A DNA stretch of 64,000 bases. It comes from Squalus acanthias. Taxonomy: Eukaryota. Both the position numbers and the translations under genes were made by a program. The notes beneath the pieces are model-generated. The model was given only the letters and a program-made list of their open reading frames with translations. It was not told where the DNA came from and made no database searches. The stretch is from NCBI GenBank assembly GCA_030390025.1, contig CM059433.1, forward strand, positions 5,580,001 to 5,644,000, read 5' to 3'. Positions 1 through 12,662 of this stretch are shown here, piece after piece (positions within the stretch are counted from its first letter, which is position 1; every line of letters begins with the position of its first letter).

Positions 1-706
1 GTCAACGATACTGCAAGCTCCATTACGTTTTTTCATATTTCACAAAGCAAACACAAGGGAACCATGGCGATTTACCAAACTATTACTAAATGGCTACATA
101 ACATCTAGCTACAGTCTGCACAAACCATTTTTTTATGTTTTGCTGAACTAATCCAATAAAAAATTAAGGTTTTCTTCCTTTCATCGGTTTTTAAGAACAA
201 ACTAGTTGATCTCCCATACTACTGCTGCTGCTTATAATTTCTACTCATGCTCAACACAAAAGTCAGCTTCCGTAGGTATCCCTGTGCTTATGATCAGTAA
301 CTTGACCATATATACAAAAGTATCTGGAATGAAGTACGCACAGGACAAACAGTGAACCCTTTCCCCATTGTTATGTACACCGGAACACATTAGTGGTTAC
401 CCCTAACTCATCTTCCGAAAATCAGCAGAAAATAGGAAAATAGTATGCTGACTGACCATGTAGGTCAGCCTTAAAACTACTAATTAGCATTGATTAAGAG
501 ATATAAATAACAGAAACAAAACGGGCCAATCAGCAGAATGAATATAATAGAATACTTAATTTTTCAACAGAACTTTCAAACTGTTCCAAAATAATAAAAT
601 TCGGCAGTCCTTGGGAGTTCTCTGCAGTCACTTTTAAAACTTCCACCACAAATTTGTGAAGAAAAGATTATGTGAGTTCCTATAGCCTTCTTCTGCACAC
701 AAGGAA

Positions 707-1711
707 CAGTGCTTAGGCCTTAGCAGTTCACAATTTATATCAATGATTTGGATGAGGGGACCAAATGTAATATATCCAAATGTCCTGATGATACAAAGCT
801 AGGTGGGAATGTAAGTTGTGAGGAGGATGCAAAGAGAATTCAAGGGGATATAGACAGGCTAAGTGAGTGGGCAAGAACATGGCAAATGGAATATAATGTG
901 GAGAAATGTGAGGTTATCCACTTTGGTAGGAAAAATAGAAAGGCAGAGTATTTTTTAAATGGTGAGAGATTGGGAAATGCTGGTGTTCAGAGGGACCTGG
1001 GTGTCCTTGTACACGAATCACTGAAAGTTAACATGCAGGTACAGCAAGCAATTAGAAAAGCAAATGGTATGTTGGCCGTTATTGCAAGAGGATTTGAGTA
1101 TAAGAGTAAAGACGTCTTACTGCAATTATATAAGGCCCTGGTGAGACCACACCTGGAGTATTGTGTACAGTTTTGGTCTCCTTACCTAAGGAAGAATATA
1201 CCTACCATACAGGGAGTGCAATGAAGGTTCACCAGGCTGATTCCTGGGATGGGGGGATTGTCCTATGAGGAGAGATTGCGTAGACTCGGCCTATATTCTC
1301 TAGCGTTTAGAAGGAGAGGTGATCTCATTGAAACATACAAAATTCTTACAGGGCTTGACAGGGTAGATGCAGGGAGGATGTTTCCCCTGGCTGGGGAGTC
1401 TAGAACCAGGGGGTCACAGTCTCAGTATAAGGGGTCGGCCGGCCATTTAGGACTGAGATGAGGAGAAATTTCTTCACTCAGAGGGCGGTGAATCTTTGGA
1501 ATTCTCTACCCCAGAAGGCTGTGGAGGCTCAGTCGTTGAGTATATTCAAGACAGAGATCGATAGATTTTTGGATATTAAGGGAATCAAGGGAAATGGAGA
1601 TAGTGCAGGAAAGTGGAGTTGAGGTAGAAGATCAGCCATGATCTTATTGAATGGCGGAGCAGGCTCGAGGGGCCGAATGGCCCACTCCTGCTCCTATTTC
1701 TTATGTTCTTA
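707..1711 (+). mobile_element. CR1 (HER1-like) LINE, 5'-truncated RT C-terminus and 3' UTR
   Basis: DDTKLGG...LVRPHLEYCVQFWSP motifs with stops and frameshifts; 3' tail ggccgaatggccc...ttatgttctta. Confidence 0.92.
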
Positions 1712-2066
1712 CAAGCTTGCATAGTAAGAAGGGAACTGGAGATCCTAGATTGCCACATAATTGTATGCTTCTTTTCTTTGAAGTCAAACTGGTACAAAAG
1801 AAAGATTAAAAAGATGCCTTCAAAATCAATCAAAGCTGTCAATCAAAATAGATTTCAAAGTCTGTGCTATTAGCTTTTAAATAATAACACTGTCCTGGAC
1901 AGAAAGAATGTGAATGGTCAGTTATTTGTCTTCTGTCCCTTATTTGATTAGTTACAAGATCAGAGATCTTGGTTTGGTTGATGAAGACCACTTATCTCCA
2001 GCATCATTTTGTAAACAACAGGGCAAAAAACATCTGGTTCATAAAGCTAACATACAGTTATACATA

Positions 2067-2909
2067 GGCCGGAATTTTGCCGTCGCTCAGGGGGCGGATT
2101 TGGAGGCGGGACATCCGGCAAAATTGCAAAGATTGACAGCGAGTCGAAAACCCGCTGTCAAGCCGCCTCCAAACAATCTTCCCAGATGTCGGGTAACCCT
2201 ATTTGCGCATGGACCCGACACCTAACGGCGGGAAGAGGATTAGAGGCACTTAACTGCTTGTTAACAGGTAGTTAAGAGGCTTTTTGCAATTTTGACAAGT
2301 CTACTGCGGACCAGGTAAGTGTGGCGTGCTGTGGCTCTGCTGTAATGTTTCTGCATTGATGACAGCTGCAGAAGTGGTGTGAAGATCCAATGGTACACTG
2401 GTGAGTTTCAGAGGTAAGAAAATGTTGGGAAAATCATTTTAAATGCATTTACACTTTTCTGTAGGTGACAAGTTTTGGATTGTGTGTGTAGTCCCACCTC
2501 ATTGGGAGAACTTCTCTCACCAGTGACAGATCGCTTCTGTAGCCTCACCTGCAGCTGCCATCTGTTCTAGTCTAAGGAGGGAGTCACTGGAGAGCCTGGG
2601 TGCAAGGGCTCACCTTTGTACAGTGATTGTCAGTGTTTGCAGCACCTCAATGCTGTCAAACACTGAAAAATCAGCTGTCAAAAAAAATTGTGCATGGCCC
2701 CTTTAAGAAAACCGGCAGATGACGTGTCATCAACTGACGTCATCTGACACCGGCTTCCTCTTAATTGGCCGGCAAGCCCGCAGGGCGGGCTTAACAAGGC
2801 CAATTGATGCAAAATCACGTCTGTGCGCCGGACGTCGTTGGGGGCAGGACTGGAACCTGGAAGGCAGCAGTCCCGCCCCCAAGCCGCATCGACTGGAAAA
2901 ATCGCGGCC
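2067..2909 (-). mobile_element. Non-autonomous PIF/Harbinger-like element (MITE)
   Basis: Termini ggccggaattttgc and gaaaaatcgcggcc. Internal homology (reverse) to 35930-36160 and 51290-51850. Confidence 0.7.
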
Positions 2910-3399
2910 ATGGTTCCTCAAATATAAGTAGAAACATAAAATAACCCAACATTATATTATTTTATTATAGTGTCAGGGATACTGCAGCTCCAACCTAGAC
3001 AATTCGATGCATCTTTCACATCTTTAAGCAGCAGTCACAGAAGACAATTTTAACATTATTACAATACTGGGAAGGATAAAACCCTAATTTAAAAATACGT
3101 AAGGTAGAAATTCTTAGGATCTTCAGCAGGACAGATCTCCAGTGTTCATAGCAAGAAAATTAGAAATGTGTCAATCTTTCCTGTAACTGTCTATCTTTCT
3201 CCTACCGCAATACTTTTTAGCTTCCTGTTTGTCTTCCACTCTACCTCCTGTACTCTCTATACACCTTGCATACACTTTCTCTCTTTCTCATCTCTATCAC
3301 ATTGCCTCCAACAGGTTCTCACTTACTTTCCCTCTTTTTGTAAGTCTATTCTTCTATCTGTCTCTCTCCTCTTCTCTATGCCTCTTACCTAATGGTCCC

Positions 3400-4690
3400 T
3401 TACTGATACACAGAAAGATTGTTCCGATTGTCAGAGAACAATCATTGCACCCTCAGGAAATTGCTGCAAGTGTTCCTCAGGGCAAACTTCTCAGGTGAAC
3501 CATCTTCAGCTGCTTCATCAATGACTTTCCCTCCATCATACCATCAGCTGTATGCTTGGCAATTTCACACTGTTCCAACTTCATACACAATTCTTCTGAT
3601 AATGAAGCATTCAGGCTTGGGCTGACAAGTGGCAGGTAACATTTGTGCTGCCTAAGTGCCAGGCAGTGACTATTACCAAAAGAGAAAGATTAACCATTTC
3701 CCCCTGTACTTCAGTAGCACAACTATTGCTGAGTCCCTCATCATCCAAAAGTTTAACTTGACCAGTCATATCAACACTGTGCTTTTTACATTACATAAGA
3801 TATACAGCACAGAAATAGGCCATTCGGCTCAACCAGTTCATGCCGCTGTTTATGCTCCACACGAGCCTCCTCCCGTCTTTCCTCATCTAACTCTATCTAA
3901 CCCTCTATTCCCTTCTCCCTCATATGCTTATCTAGCCTCCCCTTAAATGCATCCATACTATTCGCTTCAAGCACTCCCTGTGGTAGCGAGTTCCACATTC
4001 TCACCACTCTCTGGATAAAGAAGTTCCTTCTGAATTCCCTATTTTATTTCTTAGTGACTATCTTATATTGATGGCCTCCTCTTCCCCACAAGTGGAAACA
4101 CTCTCTCTGTATCTACTCTATCAAAACCTTTCATAATTTTAAAGACCTCTATTAGGTCACCCCTCAGCCTTCTCTTTTCAAGCTTACAAGAGAAGAGTAG
4201 AGGTTAAGTATTCTGCAATAAATTACCCACTTCCTGACCCCCTCAATGTCTCTGCACCATCTACAAGGGTCAAGTCAGGAGTGTAATAGAATACACGCCA
4301 CTTGACTGGACAGGTGCAACCACAAAAAACAAGAAGTTCGAGACCATCCAGGATAGAGAATTCTGCTTGACTGGCAGCCCTGTCACTGGACTCAATATGC
4401 ATCCTCTCCACCACCAGCACACAGTGAGTGCTGTATGGATATAGCATGTACTGCAGAAACTCACCAAGGTTATTTCAACAGCATCTCCCAGCTTTGCGAC
4501 CTCTACCAACAAGAGGGACAAGGGAAACAATGTCATGGGAACACCATCACCTCTAAGATCTCCTTCAAGTCACACACCATTCTGAACTGGACATATATCA
4601 CAATTTCTTCTTTATCGCTAGGTCAATATCATGGAATTCTTATGGGGCACCATCAGCATAAGGACTGCAGCAGTTCCAACCACCGATAGC
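3400..4690 (+). mobile_element. Old degraded copy of the second LINE family (family B), split by a minus-strand CR1 3' fragment (about 3790-4180)
   Basis: VPQG/SCFIND remnants and caggcttgggctgacaagtggcagg match 7160-8060. The intervening block is a reverse CR1 tail. Confidence 0.7.
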
Positions 4691-4759
4691 TGGGACCTCC
4701 TGAGGCCCATGTGCACGATTTTACGATGGCTTCAAACAATGTGCTCGAACTACTCCATT

Positions 4760-5650
4760 CATCAGTTAAAACAATATGGCAACATTCAAACCCCTTTTAA
4801 ATCTGTTTTTATTACTTTCCTCCTTAAAAAGCCTACCTTGACCTCTCTTTCATCACAAACTGTTGTCCTATCCTTTCTAAGGTTGTTCAACAAATCCTTG
4901 CTGACCGACTACGAGCTCACCTCTCTCAGCACTTTCTGTTCGAATCCCTCCAATTGAATTTCTGACAAGCCTACAGCAGCAAGACTAGTCAAAGTGCTCA
5001 ACAACATTCTGTGATTGCAATTGTAGCTTGCTGTCCCTCCTCGTTCTTCCCACCATTTTCAACACTGTTGACCACTCCATTCTCACCCACAGCCCCATCT
5101 ACACTGTTCACTTTAGTAGCACTGTGCTATTCTAGTTCCACTCCTGCCTGTCCTAATACAGCACTATATCTCCTCAAGACTATTTTCCTCTCATACCCAG
5201 TCACCCCATATATGTCCTAGGGCTTCATGCGTGGTCACCGACTAATTATTATCCACAAGCATGAGTTCAGCTTTCAGACCTAACCTGATGACTAAAACTC
5301 GATATCTCTGCCACCACCATTAACTCAATGATCCAGGGTTATTAGTGTATTATCTAACTACCTGTCTGCCACTAGTTCCAAAATGAGCCAATAATTCCTA
5401 CAGCTGGTTGTTTCTCAGTAGCATATTGGGAGATTCCTTACACCTCTGCCCCCCCGACCCCCCCCCCCCCACCCCCACAACATTCAGTGTGACCCATGTC
5501 TGGTCAAGATCACCTTCTTCTACCTCCATAACATTGCTCACTTACACCCCTACTTCAACACAACTCCTGCTGAAATCCTCATCCAAGTTTTCATCACCCC
5601 ATGGATCAATTTCTCAAATGCTCTGCTCAGCAGCCTTCACAAATTTTAGC
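4760..5650 (+). mobile_element. Degraded L2 LINE fragment (continues at about 8220-8600 after the family B insertion)
   Basis: LLKKPTL motif and pyrimidine-rich L2-type sequence similar to 17380-17570 and 55300-56000. Confidence 0.5.
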
Positions 5651-5664
5651 TAAACCAGAACACT

Positions 5665-8214
5665 GTGGCGGACGGACCAGCCGGCATCGACTTCGGCACC
5701 TGCTACGGACACGACAACGGCACACCCAGCCCAGTCAACCCTGCAAAGTCCCTCTCACCAACATCTGGGAACTGGTACCAAAATTGGGAGAGCTGTCCCA
5801 CAGACTAGTCAAGCAACAGCCTGACATATTCATACTCACAGAATCATAGCTTTCAGCCAATGTCCCAAACTCTTCCATCACCATCCCTGGGTATGTCCTG
5901 TCCCACCAGCAGGACAGACCCATAAGGGGTGGCAGCACAGTGATATACAGTCGGGAAGGAGTGACACTGGGAGTCCTCAACATTGACTCCGGACCCCATG
6001 ATGTCTCATGGTTTCAGGTCAAGCATGCGCAAGGAAACCTCCTGCTGATTACCACCTAACGCCCTCCCTCAGCTGATGAATCAGTACTCCTCCATGTTGA
6101 CCACCACTTCAAAGAAGCACAGAGAGTAGCAAGGGCACAGAATATATTCTGGGTGGGGGATTTCAATGTCCATCACCAAGAGTGGCTCGGTAGCAACACT
6201 ACTGACCAAACTGGCCAAGTCCTGAAGGACATAGCTGCCAGTCTGGGCCCGCGACAGGTGGTGAGAGAAACAACACGAGGGAAAAACCTACTTGACCTCG
6301 TCCTCACCAATCTACCTGTCGCAGATGCATCTGTCCATGACAGCACTGGTAGCAGCGACCACCGCACGTTCATTGTGGAGACGAAGACCCGTCATCACAC
6401 TGATGACACCCTCCATCGTGTTGTGTGGCACTACGACCGTGCTAAATGGGATAGATTCAAAACAGATCTAGCAGCTCAAAACTGGGCATCCATGACAAAG
6501 CTGAAGCATTTGCAACCATCTTCAGCCAGAAGTGTTGAGTGGATGATCCATATCGGCCTCCTCCGGAGGTCCCCACCACCACAGAAGCCAGTCTTCAGCC
6601 AATTCGATTCGATTCACTTCACGTGATATCAAGAAACAGTTGAGCACACTGGATACAGCAAAGGATGTGGGCCCTGACAACATCCCAGCTGTCGTGCTGC
6701 AGACTTGTGCTCCAGAACTAGCTGCGCCTCGAGCCAAGCTGTTCCAGTAAAGCTATAACACTGGCATCTATCCGACAATGTGGAAAACTGCCTAGGTATG
6801 TCCTGTCCACAAAAAGCAGGACAAATCCAATCCGGCCAATTACTGCCCCATCAGTCTACTCTCAATCATCAGCAAAGTGATGGAAGGTGTCGTCGACAGT
6901 ACTATCAAGCAGCACTTACTCACCAATAACCTGCTCACTGATGCCCAGTTTGGGTTCCGCCAAGACCACTCGGCTCCGGACCTTATTACAGCCTTGGTCC
7001 AAACATGGACAAAAGAGCTGAATTCCAGAGGTGAGGTGAGACTGACTGCCCTTGACATCAAGGCAGCATTTGACCGAATGTGGCATTAAGGAGCCCTAGT
7101 AAAACTGAAGTCAATGGGAATCGGGGGGAAAACTCTCCACTGGCTGGAGTCATACCTAGCATAAATGAAGATGGTTGTGGTGGTTGAAGGTCAATCATCA
7201 CAGCCCCAGGTCATCGCTACAGGAGTTCCTCAGGGCAGTGTCCTCAGCCCAAACATCTTTAGCTGCTTCATCAATGACCTTCCCTCCATCAGAAGGTCAG
7301 AAGTGGGGATGTTCGCTGATAACTGCACAGTGTTCAGTGCCATTCGCAACTCCTCGGATAATGAAGCAGTCCTTGACGCATGCAACAAGACCTGGACGAC
7401 ATTCAGGCTTGGGCTGATAAATGGCAGGTAACATTCGCGCCACACAAGTGCCAGGCAATGACTATCTCCAACAAGCGAGCGTCTAACCACCACCCCTTGA
7501 CATTCAACAGCATTACCATCGCCGAATCCCTCACCATCAATATCCTGGGGGGTCACCATTGACCAGAAACTTAACTGGATCAGCCACATAAATACTGTGG
7601 CTACAAGAGCAGGTCAGAGGCTGGGTATCCTGCGGCGAGTGTCTCACCTCCTGACTCCCCAAAGCCTTTCCACCATCTACAAGGCACAAGTAAGAGTGTG
7701 ATGGAATACTCTCTACTTGCCTGGATGAGTGCAGCTCCAACAACACTCAAGAAGCTCGACACCATCCAAGGCAAAGCAGGCCGCTTAATTGGCACCCCAC
7801 CCACCACCTTAAACATTCACTCCCTCCACCACCGGCGTACCGTGGCTGCAGTGTGTACCATCTACAAGATGCAGTGCAACAACTCGCGAAGGCTTCTTCC
7901 GCAGCACCTCCCAAACCCATGACCTCCAACACCTAGAAGAATAAGGGCAGCAGGTGCATGGGAACACCACCACCTCCAAGTTTCCCTCCAAGTCACACAG
8001 CATCCTGACTTGGAAGTATATCGCCGTTCCTTTATCGTCGCTGGGTTAAAACCCTGGAACTCCCGTCCTAACAGCACTGTGGGAGCACCTTCACCACACG
8101 GACTGGAGCGGTTCAAGGCAGCGGCTCACCACCACTTTCTCAAGGGCAACTAGGGATGGGCAATAAATGCTGGCCTTGCCAGCGACGCCCACATCCCATG
8201 AACAAATAAAAAAA
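5665..8214 (+). mobile_element. CR1/L2-group LINE (family B), APE-RT with internal deletion and complete 3' tail
   Basis: APE motifs (ILTES, GDFNVHH, LDLVLTN, SSDH), RT motifs ([24 protein letters not shown]), tail gcaataaatgctggccttgccagcgacgcccacatcccatg plus A-run. Deletion junction near 6495. Confidence 0.9.
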
Positions 8215-10776
8215 GTCTTCTCCCCACCATTACCCAGTTGCACTGTCATCTGGTGCCTTAGTGTATCACCTTTGAGATTTTTGTTCTCATTTTGAAATTC
8301 CTCCATGGCCTCACCTACTTCATTTGGGAAGTCTTCCGCAGTCATAAAGCCTAACCTGCATCTTGTCCCTTTGGCTCTGGATTACTGCTCGTCCCATGCC
8401 TCCTTCTGATCCATGATCAGGCACCAATCTTTCAGCCATTATTTCCTATGCCATCTGGAATGCTCATCGAAAATCACTGTGCCTGGCTATCTCTTTTCCT
8501 GTCTCCTGATAACCTACTTTTTTGACAGTAGGTTCATTTTTGTCCTCCCCTTAGCCCCAGTTCCTTTACTTTCTCTCCCTCCTCTGTAAAGCTCAGGAAT
8601 GTTCTTTAATTGTAGATTGTTGTTACAGAAAATATTTATTTTTATTACTATTAGACAATACATATTGCAAGAAAACAAAATTTGGCAGAGCACAAGTATG
8701 AGATGAATATGTTTGCAACCACACCACCACCTCCAACAAACATTTGTGAAATATGTGATTATTGGTTATTTTAATGTTTTGAAATGTACAGGTGCAGATT
8801 AATTTCCTACTATTACAATATAAAAACATGATTTTAAAATTCCTTAGTTATGTGTTTAGAGGTTTAGTAGCCTACTTTCTTGATCCCTATATTTTTTCAA
8901 CATTATATCTCCTGGCTGATTAGCAAATTTCAATTAATTTACATCTTGACCACAAATCTGATTGTCCAGACATCTGCTGTCTTAGAGAAAGATCTCCAAT
9001 GAACTGGTTGAATCTTCGGTTTGTTAGACTAACCACAAATATCTGAACCCTCTAAAATGTGACAGCCTAAAGCAACATTTATAGTACGTTTATGTCACTT
9101 CGAATCAGATTACGATAGGCATCAAAATGATAACGACACTGCAATTTGGGAGTCAGGGGGCAATCTGAGTCCTGAGTGCACTGAAACCAAGAGATGCAAG
9201 ACCACCTCTAGTAGACAGTCTCACACTACTTGGGATTTGCATCAGCCAGGTGCAAAGTCGCATTTAAAAAGTCTACTGGACCTCCTAGATTTTTAAAAAA
9301 TTTAGTATGGATTTTTTTTAATGTAATGAGAACTGACACTGCTGCCTGCTCTCTCAGAATATTAAAAATCAACTGCCTAATGAGCAGAGCTCTGCACACA
9401 AGCACATGGCGTGGCTTTTATGGTTGCTCAGCGCAACCAACAGTAAAGCGCAGCTGTGAGTGTTACTAGAGTTTGCTGGTGTGCAGATACAATACAATAC
9501 AGATACCGATCTCAAACCGGTGTTCATAGTATAATTTGCGTTAGAAAGCGCCTTTAACATTGAAAAATGTCCCAAAGCGCTGCACAGAGTCGGCATTTAT
9601 TTTACGCAGTCTTATTACTGTAATTTGAATTTGATAATGGTACCTAACTATGTTTAGGTAAATCAGATTTACCTGGCAAAGATTAATTATTGTTGAATAA
9701 ACATTGTGACAAAGAATCACAATGGTACACTCCACAGTTCAAACATTCAGCAGGGGATGTTTTACCACTTATCAGTCTACTATAATGCTCGTTCGACACT
9801 TCATTTAAAGAAATAACCCTCTAGTAATTACGTAACTTCATGTTTTCCCAATTATGTAAGAAGTACATTTGAACTACAATAAGTAATTGTTATTCACAGA
9901 ATTTATACTGTAATACCAATTATAAAAATGGGCGTCTAGTGGCAACGGCGGTATCCTTCATCTAATGGTTTTGGAGATGTCCAAGGCAATTAGATATTTA
10001 CCAAGAAGCTGGAAAGGATCTATTGAAATGATTTATTCTGCATATACATCTTTGTTGGCCACCAATATTTTGGACGGGGAACGGGGGATTCTCATTTCTG
10101 GTCTTAATCCTGTCTCTCTAATAATGCAACTAAAAGTTTAATGCGGGCTGATTAAATAAATGATATCGCCAAGTTATTTAATGTGAACTGTGATTACAAG
10201 ACTAGAATATAGTACAGCTTCAAGCAAGAGCAGAGATTAGAAGAATGTTCCTCCCCAGAGTAGTAAACATGTGAAATAGACTCATAATAAAACTACTTAA
10301 TGCTATGGCAGACAACTCCTTTAAAAGACCTGGACGAATATCTGGTTAAAAACATGATTGAAAGTTGTAGTTATAAACTTAGATGTCACATAATTTATAG
10401 ATCACTATGGTGCCAATCCACTCGAGCTCATAGACTGTCATCTGTGAAAAGTCTGGTTACAGTAGAGTTACAATTTATATCAGATATGTCATCGATTGCC
10501 TGGCTGGAGTTTTCATACAATTACTTTTGAGAAGCAACAAGAAATCTCAGGTTTCAATCCTTCTTCCACAGGAGTAAATTGGTCCAGCAATGCACTGGAT
10601 AATCGAATAGCCGAGCAAATTTAATCTTATGGGACCCAGAGCGGAGCCAGTTGATTCCAGCCAATGAACGTTTTCAGTCACAATGCGACGACTCTTCATT
10701 TAAATATAACAGAAGATGCTTTTTTTTGCGTGTGGGTTTTTATATACCTGTTAAAAAGTGCAACCATTGTCATTCA

Positions 10777-11440
10777 TAGAATCATAGAAATTTACAGCAC
10801 AGAAGGAGGCCATTCGGCCCATTGTGTCCGTGACGGCCGACAAAGAGCTATCCACCCTAATCCCACTTTCCAGCTCTTGGTCCATAGCCCTGTAGGTTAC
10901 GGCACTTCAAGTGCGCATCCAAGCACTTTTTAAATGTCATAGAGTTATAACGGCACAGAAGGAGGCCATTCGGCCCATCGAGTCCATGCCGGCACTCTGT
11001 GGCGCAATCCAGTCAGTCCCATTGCCCTGCTCTATCCCCGTAGCCCTGCAAGTTTATTTCCCTCAAGTGTCTATCCAGTCTCCCTTGAAAACATTGAGTG
11101 TTTCCGCTTCTACCACTTCCATCGGCAGCGAATTCCAGGTCCTCACCACTCGCTGCGTAAAAATAGAGTCATAACGGCACAGAAGGAGGTGTGATGAGGG
11201 TCTCTGCCTCTACCATCCTTTCAGGCAGTGAGACCCAGACCCCCACCATCCTCTGGGTGAAAAAAGTTCTCCTCAAATCCCCTCTCAACCTCCGACCAAT
11301 TACTTTAAATCTATGCCCCCTGGTTATTGACTTCTCTAAGGGAAATATGTCCTTCCTATCCACTCTATCTAGGCCCCTCATAATCTTATACACCTCAGTT
11401 CAGTCTCCCCTCATTCCAAAGAAAACAACCCCACATTGAT
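10777..11440 (-). mobile_element. Nested CR1/HE1-type 3' fragments (outer copy interrupted by 10938-11189)
   Basis: catagaatcatagaa tail, YKIMRGLDRVDR...FTQRMVGVW. A 27-bp near-direct repeat atagagt(t/c)ataacggcacagaaggagg occurs at 10939 and 11163. Confidence 0.8.
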
Positions 11441-11454
11441 CCTGATCTTTGGTC

Positions 11455-11815
11455 ACCCCGGTGCTGGGGGGGGGGGGGGGGGGGAGGCCACGGGCAGGTC
11501 GGGCGACCTCCTCGTAGGGACTGCTCCTGAGCCTGGCCAAAGTGGCCATCAACTGGTCCGGGCAGCTGGCGGTTGAGGGGGGGCCATTCGGGCCCGACTG
11601 CCTGCCTCTCTTCCGCGGCCACATTGGCTCTGCATAGTGGCCCTGGAGATGGAGCACGCGGTGTCCACCGGTGGGCACCGTGGGAGGAACTGGAGTGCAT
11701 CATCATCCCCCTGGGAAACCAAATCTTAATTTAATTTGTTAAGTTTCATTTGATGCATTTTTAAGTCACAGTTTTTGTTTATTGATCGCACCAAAAGAGC
11801 AACCCCCCCCAAAAA
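11455..11815 (+). mobile_element. Tx1/L1-clade LINE 3' end fragment
   Basis: Frameshifted GDLL.GLLLSLAKVAIN...PDCLPLFRGH...LEMEHAVSTG...ECIIIPLGNQILI* resembles a Tx1-type ORF2 C-terminus, followed by an AT-rich 3' UTR. Confidence 0.6.
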
Positions 11816-11899
11816 AATGTTTAGATTCCTACCCCATTTCTCTTGACTCAACATTTCAACCACTGTTGGTCTCCACCCTTTGCAGTTATTGCTGGCTGC

Positions 11900-12193
11900 C
11901 TGGGCTCTTGCTGTGTTGGTGGTGCATTGTCCGCTGGGCGGGCCGGCGGGCTCGCGCCTCTTCGCTCATTGGCGCCGCGCCGCCGCGCGTGCCGCTCCCT
12001 AACCGACCTATGCTAATGAGGCACCCTTTGAATTGGCCAATCGGCGGCTGGAGTGAGCGCGGCGCGGGCGGGCGGGCGGCTCCTCCCCGTCGCCGTCCGC
12101 TGGTGTCCGCGGTGACCGGAGAGGAGGAGGAGCTGCTGCCGCCGCCTCCGCCTCCGCCTCCTGACTTGTCAAACATGAGCACTGGTGGAGTAG
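11900..12193 (+). promoter_or_regulatory. CpG-island promoter and 5' UTR of the PDIA6-like gene
   Basis: Only non-repeat CpG-dense segment in the window. Several GGGCGG boxes, ATTGG at 11968-11972, palindromic ATTGGCCAAT at 12032-12041, octamer-like ATGCTAAT at 12010-12017, and a GAG/GCC-rich leader ending in aaacATG (12175) with a GTGAGT donor. Confidence 0.8.
12175..12193 (+). CDS. PDIA6: PDIA6-like coding exon 1 (MSTGGV+G, 19 nt, phase 1)
   Basis: ATG with A at -3 and consensus donor G|GTGAGT at 12194. Phase 1 fits exon 2, giving signal-peptide-like [21 protein letters not shown] aligned to human MALLVLGLVSCTFFLAVNG-LY. Confidence 0.8.
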
Positions 12194-12376
12194 GTGAGTC
12201 TTCCTCCGTGGGCAACATCTCAATGCTTGCTTGGCACTCAGCTGGAGCATTGACTTTCATAATCCCCCCCTCCCCACCCCCAAACTCTGGGCAGGAAGAG
12301 ATCAATGGCTGGGAACCACAGGCTCTCCCTTAAGTGGCAGTGATGGGGACTCGGCACCTGGCCCCCAGGTACCAGC

Positions 12377-12662
12377 ACCTGGGGCTCGGGGTGAACATAA
12401 GAACTATGATACAGGGAGGGCGTGAGGTAAAACTTTTTTACGCAGCGATCGGTGAGGACCTGGAACTCGCTGCCGACAGAAGTGGTGGAAGCGGAGACAC
12501 TCAATGTTTTCAAGGGGAGACTGGATACGTACTTGAGAGAAATTATCTTGCAGGGCTACGGGGATAGAGCAGGGGAATGGGACTGACTGGATTGCTCTGC
12601 AGAGAGCCGGGATGGACTCAATGGGCTGAATGGCCTCCTTCTGTGCCGTTATAACTCTTATG
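12377..12662 (+). mobile_element. CR1/HE1-type 3' fragment
   Basis: Reverse complement closely matches 10938-11163; ends gggctgaatggcctccttctgtgccgttataactc. Confidence 0.8.

Noticed and set aside
241..281. Possible minus-strand terminal exon (cag|..IPTEADFCVEHE*)
   Set aside because: Too short, no recognisable homology, and I found no compatible upstream exons between here and the CpG island. A tblastx or RNA-seq check would be needed.
8930..10700. Unique-looking sequence with short ORFs and exon-like segments upstream of the promoter
   Set aside because: No recognisable product or consistent splice pattern on either strand; cannot support a divergent gene.
11782..12333. 183-aa plus ORF and 139-aa minus ORF over the CpG island
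   Set aside because: Low-complexity, stop-poor GC sequence. Only the internal MSTGGV+G up to the GTGAGT donor is supported as coding.
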